Positions 11,101 through 23,621 of a stretch of 64,000 nucleotides of DNA are shown piece by piece. The position numbers and the translations under genes are program-made. The notes under the pieces were generated by a model, which was given only the letters and a program-made list of their open reading frames with translations, was not told where the DNA came from and made no database searches. The stretch comes from Gammaproteobacteria bacterium (GTDB taxonomy: Bacteria; Pseudomonadota; Gammaproteobacteria; Eutrophobiales; Eutrophobiaceae): NCBI GenBank assembly GCA_965221335.1, contig CBDCSC010000006.1, positions 72,199 to 136,198 of the forward strand, written 5' to 3'. The number at the start of each line of letters is the position of its first letter. The first letter of the stretch is position 1.

Positions 11101-12304
11101 GGTCGGCGCCGGGTTGTTCAAACGTCCGAAAATAGCCTGTCAGGGCAGGGCGGCCGAACTCGTTGTTGTACGAGGCCGCGCCAATAGGCCCTTCCAGCAT
11201 GATGTCCAGGGCCGAGGCAATGTGATCCGGCTTGTGCGCACCCTGTTCCCAGGGTTGTGGCAAGTCAGGGATGTTCAGGTTGGAGACGGTGAAGCCGGTG
11301 AGACCGGCCCGGGGTTTCGCCCCGCTACCGGTCGCGGCTTCGTCGCGTATCTCGCCGCCGGAACCGGTGGCGGCGCCAGGAAACGGCGCGATAGCGGTGG
11401 GGTGGTTGTGGGTTTCCACCTTCATCAGAATGTGGACATCTTCCTGAACATAACGGTACCTGCGGTCTGCGGGCGCGGCGTAGAAGCGCACCGCGCGCGA
11501 GCCGCGTATGACTGCGGCATTGTCCGAATACGCGGAGAGTACCCGGCCAGGGTGCGCGGCATGGGTGTCCTTGATTAACCCGAACAGGCTCTTCTGCTTG
11601 GCCTTCCCGTCTATCTCCCAGCGGGCATTGAATATCTTGTGGCGGCAATGCTCCGAGTTTGCCTGGGCGAAGGTCATCAGCTCCACGTCCGTGGGGTCGC
11701 GCGCCAACCCGCGGAACGCGTTATCGAGGTAATCGATCTCCGCTGCTGACAAGGCCAGCCCCATTGCCGAGTTGGCTTTCAGCAATGCGGCTTTGCCGTC
11801 TGTGCTGATCGGGACGGTGGCCAGCAGGCCGGGTTTGCGTGCGGCAAACAGGGACGCGGCGTCGTTGATATTGGTGATGACCGCCTGGGTCATCCGGTCG
11901 TGCAGGCAATGCGTGACCTGTTGCAGTTGTTCCGCTACCGGTGAGAAACCTTGCGCGTATTCCGCGAACCAGCAGATCCCGCGCTCGACTCGTTTGACCA
12001 ATGCCAGGCCGCAATGATGCAGGATGTCCGTGGCCTTGCTGGACCAGGGCGAGATCAGTCCCGGTCTGGGAATGACGATAAAAGCAGGGATGTTGCTGTC
12101 ATCGGTGTCCGGCGGCAGGCCGTAAGCCAACAGTTCGGCCAGGCGCGCTTCCTCTGCCGTGTCCAACGTGGCGTCAAGCTCCAGAAAATGCACAAACCGG
12201 GCCTGTAGCGCATTGATCTCCGGCGCGATGCAGGACAGTTCCGCCAGCTTCTTGTCAAGCCGGAATTGCGACAGGGCAGCAGGGCCGGGAAGGATGCGTA
12301 TCAT
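8150..12304 (-). CDS. purL: Phosphoribosylformylglycinamidine synthase (large form)
   Basis: QANSEHCRHKIF, KVETHNHPT, GGFSYGD, GVCNGCQ and MPHPER; carries an internal repeat insertion. Confidence 0.97.
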   Translation of the reverse strand: MIRILPGPAALSQFRLDKKLAELSCIAPEINALQARFVHFLELDATLDTAEEARLAELLAYGLPPDTDDSNIPAFIVIPRPGLISPWSSKATDILHHCGLALVKRVERGICWFAEYAQGFSPVAEQLQQVTHCLHDRMTQAVITNINDAASLFAARKPGLLATVPISTDGKAALLKANSAMGLALSAAEIDYLDNAFRGLARDPTDVELMTFAQANSEHCRHKIFNARWEIDGKAKQKSLFGLIKDTHAAHPGRVLSAYSDNAAVIRGSRAVRFYAAPADRRYRYVQEDVHILMKVETHNHPTAIAPFPGAATGSGGEIRDEAATGSGAKPRAGLTGFTVSNLNIPDLPQPWEQGAHKPDHIASALDIMLEGPIGAASYNNEFGRPALTGYFRTFEQPGADPGSTRGYHKPIMLAGGYGVIRPAHVNKKPLPDGCKIAVLGGPAMLIGLGGGAASSMTAGTSSQELDFASVQRDNAEIQRRCQEVIDQCWALGEDNPILSIHDVGAGGLSNALPELVHQGGAGAVFDLRAIHSADQGMSPMELWCNEAQERYVLAISAADTQCFGVICERERAPYAVIGKTNNSGRLVVTDKLNDGKPVDVPLDVILGKTPGLSFKTQAYESDKQRRNKAGKHSISAPTPDPEGTDSHSAPVSAPDPQSTGSHSIPVPTPDPESTGSHSIPAPTPDPEDIGSHSIPMPTPDPEGTALQHATGAGNLMITLDEAIARVLQLPAVADKRFLVTIGDRSVSGLVVRDQMVGPWQTPVADCAVTAATFGARTGEAMALGERPSVAVDNAPASGRLAVSEALTNLCASRILRLEDVALSANWMADAGTAAERSALYATVEAVSALAQQLRIPIPVGKDSMSMSVAWQDRGREKRVSAPVSLNITAFAPVADTGKTLTPQLRQMEDSVLLLIDLGIGKNRLGDSALAQVTQQTGLTTPDLDDPALLAACFNGVQLLNETGYLLAYHDRSDGGVFVTLCEMAFAGRCGLDIDVEDDDLAAFLLNEEPGVALQVRAEHLQTVRETLLRSGLPEACLITVAHPNGEKKIRISQRGAPVYAAGLEQLHRLWSLTSYHMQTLRDNPTCAAEEFAALQDMTDPGLSIMYRHPGLQVEPAPGLSKPGSGMPADKPAIGILREQGVNGHVEMAAAFDRAGFECIDINMNDLLSRSASLANLSGLVACGGFSYGDVLGAGGGWAKSILYNDYLRNEFERFFNRPDSFALGVCNGCQMLSRLRAIIPGADGWPDFGRNRSEQFESRVVMVEITESPSLFFRGMAGSRLPIVVAHGEGQALFNSAGQPPLGAMRFVDNRGTVTETYPYNPNGSAQGLTGFTSTDGRFTIMMPHPERVFLAQQVSWIEHDHPGADSPWMQMFHNARQWLGSG
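10184..10408 (-). repeat. In-frame 45-bp x5 tandem repeat inside purL (HSIPxPTPDPExTGS)
   Basis: Units HSISAPTPDPEGTDS, HSAPVSAPDPQSTGS, HSIPVPTPDPESTGS, HSIPAPTPDPEDIGS and HSIPMPTPDPEGTAL. Confidence 0.92.
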
Positions 12305-12332
12305 GGCCCGTTTTTCTCAAAATGTGTCCTGG

Positions 12333-14778
<2,446 letters not shown>

Positions 14779-14900
14779 GTATCCGAATCATATACCAGTT
14801 TTTATGCTCCTACGGATATTTTTGGTGGCGGGGTTAGCGGGAGTGGTATTGTGGCGATTGGCGGGTGTCCAGGGTTTAGTTGATACTAACTGTGTGTTAA

Positions 14901-15051
14901 GGAAACTCTGAACAAGTCCATCCTGGACTTGTCAGAGTACGGAAAACAAAAATGCGATTTTTGTTTTCCTCACAATATCAATGCCTTACAGTCATTGATA
15001 TTGACGATACATCCCTGTATCGTAGGAACCTCTGACTTAATCAGAGGTTCC
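14901..15051. mobile_element. Multi-hairpin MITE family M1, copy 1
   Basis: Ends GGAAACTCTGA / TCAGAGGTTCC with TTAA on both sides and five consecutive hairpins. Near-identical to 34885-35020 and 41125-41276. Confidence 0.8.
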
Positions 15052-15083
15052 TTAAATTAATAACTGACCTGTGGGGCCTGTTC

Positions 15084-16124
15084 TTGGATACGATTACCCT
15101 GATAAAACCGGATGACTTCCACCTGCACCTGCGCGACGGTGAGGAACTGGCCAGTGTTGCCGCTGACAGCGCCCGGCGCTTTGTGCGGGCGATTATCATG
15201 CCGAACCTGTCGCCGCCGGTGGTGTCCGTGCGGCAGGCGCTGGCATATCGGCGCAGGATCCTTGACTGCCTGGCAGATGATACGGACTTCAATCCGCTGA
15301 TGACCTTGTACCTGACCGATAATACCTCCAGGGATGAGGTGGATCGGGTTGCGGAAACCGAACATGTGTTTGCGTTCAAATATTATCCGGCGGGGGCAAC
15401 CACCAATTCCGCTTCGGGCGTGACCGAAATCGGGAAAGTCATGCCGATACTGGAATATATTGCGCAAAAGGATGTGCCGCTGCTGGTGCACGGTGAGGTG
15501 ACGGATGCCGATGTGGATGTGTTCGACCGGGAAAAGGTGTTTATCGATCAGATATTATCGCCGCTGGTTGAGAACATCGACACGCTGCGTGTTGTGCTTG
15601 AACATATTACCACTTCCGATGCCGCGCAGTTTGTCCGCGGCGCCCCGAATCGGGTTGCCGCGACGATTACCCCCCACCACCTGGCGCTGAACCGCAATGC
15701 GATGCTGTCGGGCGGGATCAACCCGCATCATTACTGCTTGCCTGTTTTGAAACGGGAGCGGCACCGGCAGGCGCTGGTTGCGGCGGCGATTAGCGGCAAT
15801 CCGAAGTTTTTCCTCGGCACCGACAGCGCGCCCCATCGGGCGCGGGCAAAAGAACAACCCCCTTGCTGCGCCGGCATCTACAACGCCGCCGGCGCGCTCG
15901 AGTGGTACGCAACCGTTTTCGACGCGATGAACAGCCTGGATAACCTGGAGCGCTTTGCCAGCAGGAACGGCGCGCGGTTTTACAGGTTACCCTTGAATAC
16001 ACAGACGATCCGCTTGCGCCGGGAACAATGGCGTGTTCCGGCCGTAATCGACTTTGCCGGTGAGCCGCTGGTCCCGTTCCGCGCCGGTGAGTTATGCCAA
16101 TGGACGCTCGTGGATGAATATTGA
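15084..16124 (+). CDS. pyrC: Dihydroorotase
   Basis: PDDFHLHLRDG, MPNL, KYYPAGATTNS, FFLGTDSAPH. Confidence 0.95.
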   Translation: MDTITLIKPDDFHLHLRDGEELASVAADSARRFVRAIIMPNLSPPVVSVRQALAYRRRILDCLADDTDFNPLMTLYLTDNTSRDEVDRVAETEHVFAFKYYPAGATTNSASGVTEIGKVMPILEYIAQKDVPLLVHGEVTDADVDVFDREKVFIDQILSPLVENIDTLRVVLEHITTSDAAQFVRGAPNRVAATITPHHLALNRNAMLSGGINPHHYCLPVLKRERHRQALVAAAISGNPKFFLGTDSAPHRARAKEQPPCCAGIYNAAGALEWYATVFDAMNSLDNLERFASRNGARFYRLPLNTQTIRLRREQWRVPAVIDFAGEPLVPFRAGELCQWTLVDEY

Positions 16125-16731
16125 CAGGAAGAACCTGGTTGCCGGCCGCTTCAGGGGATATTATCCCGTGGTCGTGGATGTGGAAACAGCGGGTTTCAAT
16201 CCGGCTCAGGATGCGTTGCTGGAGCTGGCGGTGGTGTTCCTGCAGGTCGATACCGATGGTGTCTGGAGCACACTGGAGAGCGTATCCAAGCATATCCAGC
16301 CGTTTCCCGGCGCCAACCTGGACAAGGCGGCGCTGGAGTTTACCGGCATCGATCCGGATCATCCTTTCCGCAAGGAGATTGCCGTGCCCGAGAAACAGGC
16401 GTTACGCGATGTCTTTCAGGCCACCAAGAGAATGATCAGGGAATATGGTTGCAGCCGCGCCATCCTGGTGGGGCACAACCCGGCTTTCGACCTGAGCTTC
16501 ATCAACGCCGCGGCCAACCGGTCCGGCCTGTCGCGCAACCCCTTCCATCCTTTCAGCACCTTTGATACGGCCACCCTCGGCGGCCTGGCCTACGGTCAGA
16601 CCGTACTGTCCAGGGCAGTACAGGCCGCCGGGCTGGACTGGGAGGAGGAAGAAGCGCATTCGGCCCTGTACGATGCCGAACGCACCGCCGAACTGTTCTG
16701 CAATATCGTCAACCTCTGGCCATTGCACTAA
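16114..16731 (+). CDS. rnt: Ribonuclease T
   Basis: RFRGYYPVVVDVETAGF, LVGHN, HSALYDAERTAELFC. Start set at ATG 16114, overlapping the pyrC end. Confidence 0.95.
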   Translation: MNIDRKNLVAGRFRGYYPVVVDVETAGFNPAQDALLELAVVFLQVDTDGVWSTLESVSKHIQPFPGANLDKAALEFTGIDPDHPFRKEIAVPEKQALRDVFQATKRMIREYGCSRAILVGHNPAFDLSFINAAANRSGLSRNPFHPFSTFDTATLGGLAYGQTVLSRAVQAAGLDWEEEEAHSALYDAERTAELFCNIVNLWPLH

Positions 16732-16767
16732 CCTGTATTTCTCCTCGTTTTGATAAAACATTTATAA

Positions 16768-16852
16768 ATATCCGCATTTTATACGGAATTATATGAATGA
16801 ATCGCTATATTTCAGCAAATCATGTTAATATATCCGCATGTAAAACGGATAT
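16768..16852. promoter_or_regulatory. Two tandem inverted-repeat operators upstream of abiEi
   Basis: ATATCCGCATTTTATACGGAATT (16768) and ATATCCGCATGTAAAACGGATAT (16830-16852). Confidence 0.6.
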
Positions 16853-16858
16853 TTTCTT

Positions 16859-17686
16859 ATGATTTATAATCGGCGCTCAAATTTATCAACATATGCTTCC
16901 GGCTTGCTATCCGAAGGACGCATGGTCTTCTCAGCAGAAGAAGCCGCGCGTGTGCTTCGAATCGGACGAGGCGCTTTTCTGGATGCTGCAGAGCGACTTC
17001 AGCGCCGTCAATATCTCATCAAGCCGCGACAGGGATTCTATGTCGTGGTTCCGCCTCAATATGCTGCCTGGGGAGCGCCTCCACCAAGTTGCTATATCGA
17101 TGCTCTGATGCTACACGAAGGATGCAGATACTATGTCGGTCTTCTCAAAGCAGCGGAACTGCACGGTGCATCGCACCAGGCAGTGATGGAGTTTCAGGTT
17201 GTCACTAACAAGCGACTGCCGAAAATTCATGCCGGCAGGTCTCTGATTTCTTTCTATTATCGCAGGCGTTTGGATGACGTCATCAATCATACAGAAGACC
17301 ACAAGACTGAGACGGGTCTAATGAAGGTCTCATCTGTTGAACTCACTGTATTTGATCTTGTGCGTTACCCTAATGCTGGCGGCGGCATCGACAACACCGC
17401 TACGGTTATTGCTGAACTCGGTCCAAAACTTGAACCACAGGCGCTGGCCCGGCTTGCATCGACTGTGGAGCGCCCGGTCATTCAACGCCTCGGTTACCTG
17501 CTGGATTACCTGGGATACCGGGATAGCACCGGACTGCTGGCCGACGCACTGTCAACTCAAGGACCTGTTTCCTGGATTGAACTCGACCGCAAGGAAAGCC
17601 GTCATCCTCAATCCATACCACCCTCATTGGAACACAATGAGCGTTGGCGTGTGACCGTCCGTCGCTTGCCAGAGGTTGACGAATGA
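16859..17686 (+). CDS. Type IV TA AbiEi-family antitoxin
   Basis: GFYVVVPPQY, YYVGLLKAAELHGASHQA and E.T.FDLVRY; ATGA-coupled to the next gene. Confidence 0.85.
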   Translation: MIYNRRSNLSTYASGLLSEGRMVFSAEEAARVLRIGRGAFLDAAERLQRRQYLIKPRQGFYVVVPPQYAAWGAPPPSCYIDALMLHEGCRYYVGLLKAAELHGASHQAVMEFQVVTNKRLPKIHAGRSLISFYYRRRLDDVINHTEDHKTETGLMKVSSVELTVFDLVRYPNAGGGIDNTATVIAELGPKLEPQALARLASTVERPVIQRLGYLLDYLGYRDSTGLLADALSTQGPVSWIELDRKESRHPQSIPPSLEHNERWRVTVRRLPEVDE

Positions 17687-18543
17687 TTCCCAGGATGAAC
17701 ATCGTCGCTTGGGGAAATTTCGTTCCTTGGGTGGAGCAACGACAGGTTGAGCAAGACCTCATCATCAGCCGTACACTTATAGAGCTGTTTTCCGACGCCA
17801 GATTGTCCCGGCAACTGCGAATTCGAGGTGGCACGGCACTCAACAAACTCCATTTTCCCGAGCCTTATCGCTACTCGGAAGACATTGATCTCGTCAGGAC
17901 TGAAGCCGGACCGATTGGGCCTGTTCTTGATACCATTCGATCAGTTCTTGAACCATGGTTGGGGCATGCTAAGTATTACCGGAGCCCCGTTGCGCCCAAA
18001 CTCATCTTCCGGGTAGATGCTGAGGGTCCAGATGTACTGGCCCCGATACGGCTTAAGATCGAAATTAACACGCGGGAGATTGAAGCATTTGATCCGCCGC
18101 GTTCAGTTCCTTACAAGGTGTATAACCCATGGTTCAATGGCGCGGCCTTGATACCGACATTCTCGCCTGAAGAGATGCTGGCAACGAAGCTCAGAGCTTT
18201 CCTGCAAAGGAATAAGAGTCGCGACTTGTTCGATCTCGATTATGGACTGCGCACGTTTGAAGGATTGAAAAACGCGCGTATCATAGAATGTTTTACATGC
18301 TATCTTAAGGCCTCAGGCATGAGAATTTCACGGGCCATGGCGCAGCAACAATTATTTGCCAGGATGGCTCATCCTGATTTTCTTGGAGACATACGGCCAC
18401 TGGTTCCTGCTGAGTTTGCCCAAAGCCTGAATGAGGTAAAGATGAAAGCTACGTTCAAGAGGGTCTTACTGGAACTTATCAGTCTTATACCGGGTGATGA
18501 TTGGATACAGACTCCGGATATGATCGAACGATTTGCACTTTAA
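17683..18543 (+). CDS. AbiEii/AbiGii nucleotidyltransferase toxin
   Basis: QVEQDL, RGGTALNKL, RYSEDIDL, KIEIN, KLRA..QR.K.RDLFDL motifs. Confidence 0.88.
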   Translation: MIPRMNIVAWGNFVPWVEQRQVEQDLIISRTLIELFSDARLSRQLRIRGGTALNKLHFPEPYRYSEDIDLVRTEAGPIGPVLDTIRSVLEPWLGHAKYYRSPVAPKLIFRVDAEGPDVLAPIRLKIEINTREIEAFDPPRSVPYKVYNPWFNGAALIPTFSPEEMLATKLRAFLQRNKSRDLFDLDYGLRTFEGLKNARIIECFTCYLKASGMRISRAMAQQQLFARMAHPDFLGDIRPLVPAEFAQSLNEVKMKATFKRVLLELISLIPGDDWIQTPDMIERFAL

Positions 18544-18792
18544 CTCGTCCTGCCTGAAAACCTCGATTATTGAGTATAACATATAGGTTAGCCCGTACTT
18601 GTTCAAGGTGAATGCACGCTACTGATTGCGGTCATGAAACTGGTTCTTTATCCATCCGGCGTCTTGGCAGAAATAGGCAACGACAGGCTATCGTAAGCCG
18701 TGGGATTGTGGTAAAATTTCCGCTTTTAACGTGGCCGGTGGATACCGGCTACAGGCAGCAAACAATCCTGTTTATCTGCCGGATCAGAGAGA

Positions 18793-21396
18793 GTGATGCC
18801 TGAAGAAATCGCCCGGTCGATAATGCCGGTGAACATTGAAGACGAGATGCGTCAATCCTACATGGATTACGCTATGAGCGTCATCGTCGGCAGGGCGCTG
18901 CCGGACGTGCGCGATGGGCTGAAACCGGTGCATCGGCGTGTCCTGTTCGCAATGAACGAGATGGGCAATGACTACAACAAGCCCTACAAGAAATCCGCCC
19001 GTGTCGTCGGCGATGTCATCGGTAAATACCATCCTCATGGAGATTCTGCTGTCTACGACACCATAGTACGGATGGCCCAGCATTTTTCCTTGCGCTATGT
19101 GCTGGTGGACGGGCAGGGCAATTTCGGTTCGGTGGACGGCGATGCGCCGGCGGCGATGCGCTATACCGAAGTGCGCATGTCCCGGATCGCCCATGAACTG
19201 CTGGAAGACATCGACAAGGAAACCGTCGATTTTGCACCCAATTATGACGGTACGGAACATGAACCCGTGGTGTTGCCCACGCGCCTGCCCAACCTGCTGG
19301 TCAACGGCTCCAGCGGCATTGCGGTCGGCATGGCAACGAATATCCCGCCGCATAACCTGACCGAGGTCATCAATGCCTGTATTGCCCTGCTGGAGAATGA
19401 GAACCTCAGCATAGATGAATTGATCGAACACATACCGGGACCGGATTTCCCGACCGCCGGCATCATCAACGGTTCCCGGGGAATCCACGAGGCCTACCGC
19501 ACCGGTCGCGGACGCATCTACATGCGCGCCCGTTCACACATCGAAACAGACGAAAAAAACGGGCAGCACGCGATTATCGTCACCGAACTGCCCTATCAGG
19601 TGAACAAGGCCCGGTTGCAGGAAAAGATTGCGGAGTTGGTGAAGGAAAAGAAACTCACCGGCATTCGCGAGCTGCGCGATGAATCCGACAAGGACGGCAT
19701 GCGCCTGGTCATCGAGTTGCGCCGCGGCGAGGTGCCGGAGGTGATCCTGAATAACCTGTACCAGTTCACCGCGTTGCAGAGTGTTTTCGGCATCAACCTG
19801 GTGGCGCTCGATGATGGCCGCCCGCGCCTGATGACGCTGAAGGAAATACTGGATGCGTTCATCCGGCATCGGCGTGAGGTGGTGGTCCGGCGCACCTTGT
19901 ACGAGTTGCGTAAAGCCAGGGCACGCGCCCATATTCTCGAAGGTTTGGCTGCGGCGCTGGCAAATATCGACCCGATGATAGAACTCATCAAGGGTTCCGC
20001 CACCCCGGCAGAAGCAAAACGCGGGTTGCTGGCGTCGCCCTGGGAACCGGGGGTGGTCACCGCGCTGTTGCAACGGGTGGGCGCCGATATGTCCCGGCCG
20101 GATGACCTGCCGCAGGAACTGGGCCTGGGGTCCGACGGTTATCGCCTGTCCGACGCGCAGGCCCAGGCCATACTGGACCTGCGCTTGCAGAAGCTGACCG
20201 GACTGGAGCAGGACAAGATAATCAGCGAATACGAAGAGATATTGGACAGGATCGGTGATTTGCTCGATATCCTGGCGCGCCCGCAACGGCTGATGGATGT
20301 GATCAGGACCGAACTGGAAGAGATCCGGGAACGTTACGGTGATGCGCGGCGCACGCAGATCATCGAAGATCAAAAAGACCTGACCATCGAAGACCTGATT
20401 ACCGAGCAGGATATGGTGGTTACGCTGTCCCACGCCGGCTATGCAAAGACGCAGCCTTTGGATGCTTACCGGTTGCAACGCCGCGGCGGCCGGGGCAAGT
20501 CAGCCACGGCTGTCAAGGACGAGGATTTCGTTGATAAACTGTTTATTGCCAGTACTCACGATACCTTGCTGTGTTTCTCCAGCCTGGGCAGGTTGTACTG
20601 GCTCAAGGTCTATGAACTGCCCCAGGCCAGCCGCGCGGCCAAGGGCAAACCCATCGTTAACCTGTTGCCACTGAGCGAGGGCGAGCGCATTAACGCGGTA
20701 TTGCCGATTAGGGAGTTCAGGGACGATTTGTACGTGTTCATGGCCACCCTGAACGGCACCGTGAAGAAAACTTCGCTGATGAATTTTTCCCGCGCCCGGC
20801 CAAGCGGCATCAGGGCGATAGAACTTGTTGAGGGCAACCGCCTGGTCAACGTTGAACTGACCGACGGCGAACACGAGGTAATGCTGTTCAGCGATGCCGG
20901 CAAGGTGGTGCGCTTCCGAGAAGCGGATGTGCGCCCGATGGGGAGAACGGCAAGAGGTGTAATAGGCATTCGTATGGGGCCGGACGACAAGGTGATCTCC
21001 CTGATCATCGTGCGGGAAAACAAGGCCATACTGACTGCCACCGAAAACGGTTATGGCAAACGCTCTCCGCTGGAGGACTATCGTTTGCAGTCCCGTGGCG
21101 GTCAGGGCGTGATATCGATCCAGACCAATGAACGCAACGGGCGAGTGGTTGGCGCGCAGGTGGTTGATGAAGATGATGAAATCATGCTGATCAGCGACCA
21201 GGGCACCTTGATCCGAATGCGGGTTAGCGATGTCTCGGTTGTCGGGCGCAATACCATGGGGGTCACGTTGGTCAATCTCAATGAAGGCGAAAGACTTGCG
21301 GGACTGGAACGGATCATCGACTACGGGGATGTCAATACCAATGGAGTCGATGACGATGCGGATGGCGCTGAAGATGGCGGCGGCGCCGACCTATAA
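18793..21396 (+). CDS. gyrA: DNA gyrase subunit A
   Basis: [17 protein letters not shown] and the GyrA box QRRGGRG. Confidence 0.98.
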   Translation: MMPEEIARSIMPVNIEDEMRQSYMDYAMSVIVGRALPDVRDGLKPVHRRVLFAMNEMGNDYNKPYKKSARVVGDVIGKYHPHGDSAVYDTIVRMAQHFSLRYVLVDGQGNFGSVDGDAPAAMRYTEVRMSRIAHELLEDIDKETVDFAPNYDGTEHEPVVLPTRLPNLLVNGSSGIAVGMATNIPPHNLTEVINACIALLENENLSIDELIEHIPGPDFPTAGIINGSRGIHEAYRTGRGRIYMRARSHIETDEKNGQHAIIVTELPYQVNKARLQEKIAELVKEKKLTGIRELRDESDKDGMRLVIELRRGEVPEVILNNLYQFTALQSVFGINLVALDDGRPRLMTLKEILDAFIRHRREVVVRRTLYELRKARARAHILEGLAAALANIDPMIELIKGSATPAEAKRGLLASPWEPGVVTALLQRVGADMSRPDDLPQELGLGSDGYRLSDAQAQAILDLRLQKLTGLEQDKIISEYEEILDRIGDLLDILARPQRLMDVIRTELEEIRERYGDARRTQIIEDQKDLTIEDLITEQDMVVTLSHAGYAKTQPLDAYRLQRRGGRGKSATAVKDEDFVDKLFIASTHDTLLCFSSLGRLYWLKVYELPQASRAAKGKPIVNLLPLSEGERINAVLPIREFRDDLYVFMATLNGTVKKTSLMNFSRARPSGIRAIELVEGNRLVNVELTDGEHEVMLFSDAGKVVRFREADVRPMGRTARGVIGIRMGPDDKVISLIIVRENKAILTATENGYGKRSPLEDYRLQSRGGQGVISIQTNERNGRVVGAQVVDEDDEIMLISDQGTLIRMRVSDVSVVGRNTMGVTLVNLNEGERLAGLERIIDYGDVNTNGVDDDADGAEDGGGADL

Positions 21397-22474
21397 TTTC
21401 AGCCCCGGCCCGGCCATGCTGCCGCAGGCAGTGATGCGGCAGGCACAACAGGAATTTCTTGATTGGCGCGGCCTGGGGGTCTCCATCGCGGAAATCAGCC
21501 ACCGGAGCCGGGCCTTCACGGAGATAGCGGAGCAGTCGATCCGGGATTTATCGGCGCTGCTCGGCATACCGGAACATTACCGGATACTGTTTGTGCAAGG
21601 CGGCGCCACCCATGTGATGAGCATCGCGCCGCTGAACCTGAGCCGGAAGACGGATTGCGTTGACTACGTGATCACCGGCAACTGGTCAAAACGGGCGGCC
21701 ACCGAGGCCGGCCGGTTCGCCCGGTTGAATATTGCCGCCTCGTCTGCTGAGGTCAACCACACCACCATTCCCGACGCGGACGGCTGGCGCCTCAGTGAGA
21801 ACCCCGCCTACCTTTATTTCTGCGACAATGAAACCATTGCCGGGGTGGAGTTTGAAGCTGCGCCGGCGCTGCCGGATTCCCATGCCGATACGCCGTTGGT
21901 CTGTGATATGACCTCCAATTTTTTGTCGCGCCCGATACAGGTGGATCGTTACGGCCTTATTTTCGCCGGCGCCCAGAAGAACTTCGCGCCGGCCGGGCTG
22001 ACCATCGTGCTGGTGCGCGAGGACCTGCTGCACCGGGCGCGTGCGGATGTGCCGTGCCTGTACGATTTACGCGTGCTGGCCGAACATGATTCCATGTTCA
22101 ATACGCCGCCTGTGTTCAACTGGTACATGGCCGGATTGACCTTTGCCTGGATCAGGGAACAGGGCGGGGTGGAACGGATGCACGAGAACGCACTGCGCCG
22201 TGCCGGCAAGCTGTATGACTTTATCGATGCCAATGATTTCTACACCAATCCCGTGGACAAACCATATCGATCCAGGATGAACGTGCCGTTCACGCTGGCG
22301 GACGGGAACCTTGACCGCGTATTTCTTGATGCGGCCGCGGACAATGGCCTGGTCGAATTGAAAGGACATCGGAGCGTAGGCGGCATGCGCGCCAGCATGT
22401 ACAATGGAATGCCTGAAGCCGGGGTGGATGCGCTGATAGAATTCATGGCGCATTTCGCCGCCCGCCACGGTTGA
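21374..22474 (+). CDS. serC: Phosphoserine aminotransferase
   Basis: [28 protein letters not shown]. Start trimmed to ATG 21374. Confidence 0.95.
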   Translation: MAAAPTYNFSPGPAMLPQAVMRQAQQEFLDWRGLGVSIAEISHRSRAFTEIAEQSIRDLSALLGIPEHYRILFVQGGATHVMSIAPLNLSRKTDCVDYVITGNWSKRAATEAGRFARLNIAASSAEVNHTTIPDADGWRLSENPAYLYFCDNETIAGVEFEAAPALPDSHADTPLVCDMTSNFLSRPIQVDRYGLIFAGAQKNFAPAGLTIVLVREDLLHRARADVPCLYDLRVLAEHDSMFNTPPVFNWYMAGLTFAWIREQGGVERMHENALRRAGKLYDFIDANDFYTNPVDKPYRSRMNVPFTLADGNLDRVFLDAAADNGLVELKGHRSVGGMRASMYNGMPEAGVDALIEFMAHFAARHG

Positions 22475-22495
22475 TTTTCAGGCCGGAAATAAACG

Positions 22496-23611
22496 ATGAA
22501 CAATTCTAACCTGGAGGCCCGTTTAAAAGCGCTGAGAAGTGAGATCGACGCGCTGGATGAGCGGCTGGTCGAGTTGCTGAACCAGCGCGCCCGCCGGGCA
22601 TTGGAAATCGCGCAGGTAAAGCAGCAGAACAACGGGAACAGCCTGTACCGGCCTGAGCGTGAAGCCAGGGTGCTGAACAGCGTGAAAGCGCTTAACAAGG
22701 GTCCGTTGCCGGACGCGGAGATAATCCGGCTGGTGCGGGAGGTTATGTCTGCCTGCCTGGCCCTGGAAGCGCCGCTGAATATTGCCTGCCTCGGGCCTGA
22801 AGGCACTTTTACGGAGCTGGCGGCGCTGAAGCATTTCGGAAAATCGGTCCGCTTGTCGCTGTTGGCGAGTATTGACCAGGTGTTTCGGGAGGTGATGGCA
22901 GATTCATGCGATTACGGTGTGGTCCCGGTGGAGAACTCGATAGAAGGCGCGGTGAACCATACCCTGGACATGCTCCTGGTTTCCGACCTGAAACTCTGTG
23001 GCGAGGTGGAGTTGCGCATCCACCAGCAGTTGCTGAGCCATGCGGAAGATCCGCAAGCCATCCAGACCGTGTATTCCCATGAGCAGTCGCTGGCCCAGTG
23101 CCGCCGCTGGCTGGATACCCACATGGCCAACGCCCGGCGGGTGCCGGTAGCCAGCAATGCGGAGGCTGCCTTGCAGGCCAGTAACGATGCGCGCAGCGCA
23201 GCCATTGCCGGCGCGCGCGCCGGAGAGCTGCATGGCTTGCCGGTTCTGAGGAAAAATATCGAGGATAACCCCGACAACACCACCCGTTTCCTGGCGCTGG
23301 GCAAGGAGGTTCTGCCTCCCAGCGGCAGGGATAAGACTTCCCTGCTGTTTGCAATGCCGAGCAAACCCGGTTCCCTGGTGAGCATGCTTGCCTGTTTTGC
23401 CGAGCACGGCGTGAATATGACCCGGATAGAATCGCGGCCGTCACCGCAAGGCATCTGGGAATACGTGTTTTTTGTGGATATCCTCGGCCACGCAAATGAT
23501 GAGAACGTGGCCCGGGCGCTGGCTGAATTGCGGGACAAGGCCGCGATGATGAAATTGCTGGGTTCGTATCCCGAAGCGCAGCGGGTTCCTGATTCAATAA
23601 CAGAGAGTTGA
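22496..23611 (+). CDS. pheA: Chorismate mutase/prephenate dehydratase
   Basis: CM domain LRSEIDALD, LGPEGTFT, NTTRF, IESRP. Confidence 0.95.
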   Translation: MNNSNLEARLKALRSEIDALDERLVELLNQRARRALEIAQVKQQNNGNSLYRPEREARVLNSVKALNKGPLPDAEIIRLVREVMSACLALEAPLNIACLGPEGTFTELAALKHFGKSVRLSLLASIDQVFREVMADSCDYGVVPVENSIEGAVNHTLDMLLVSDLKLCGEVELRIHQQLLSHAEDPQAIQTVYSHEQSLAQCRRWLDTHMANARRVPVASNAEAALQASNDARSAAIAGARAGELHGLPVLRKNIEDNPDNTTRFLALGKEVLPPSGRDKTSLLFAMPSKPGSLVSMLACFAEHGVNMTRIESRPSPQGIWEYVFFVDILGHANDENVARALAELRDKAAMMKLLGSYPEAQRVPDSITES

Positions 23612-23621
23612 AAGCTGAACT

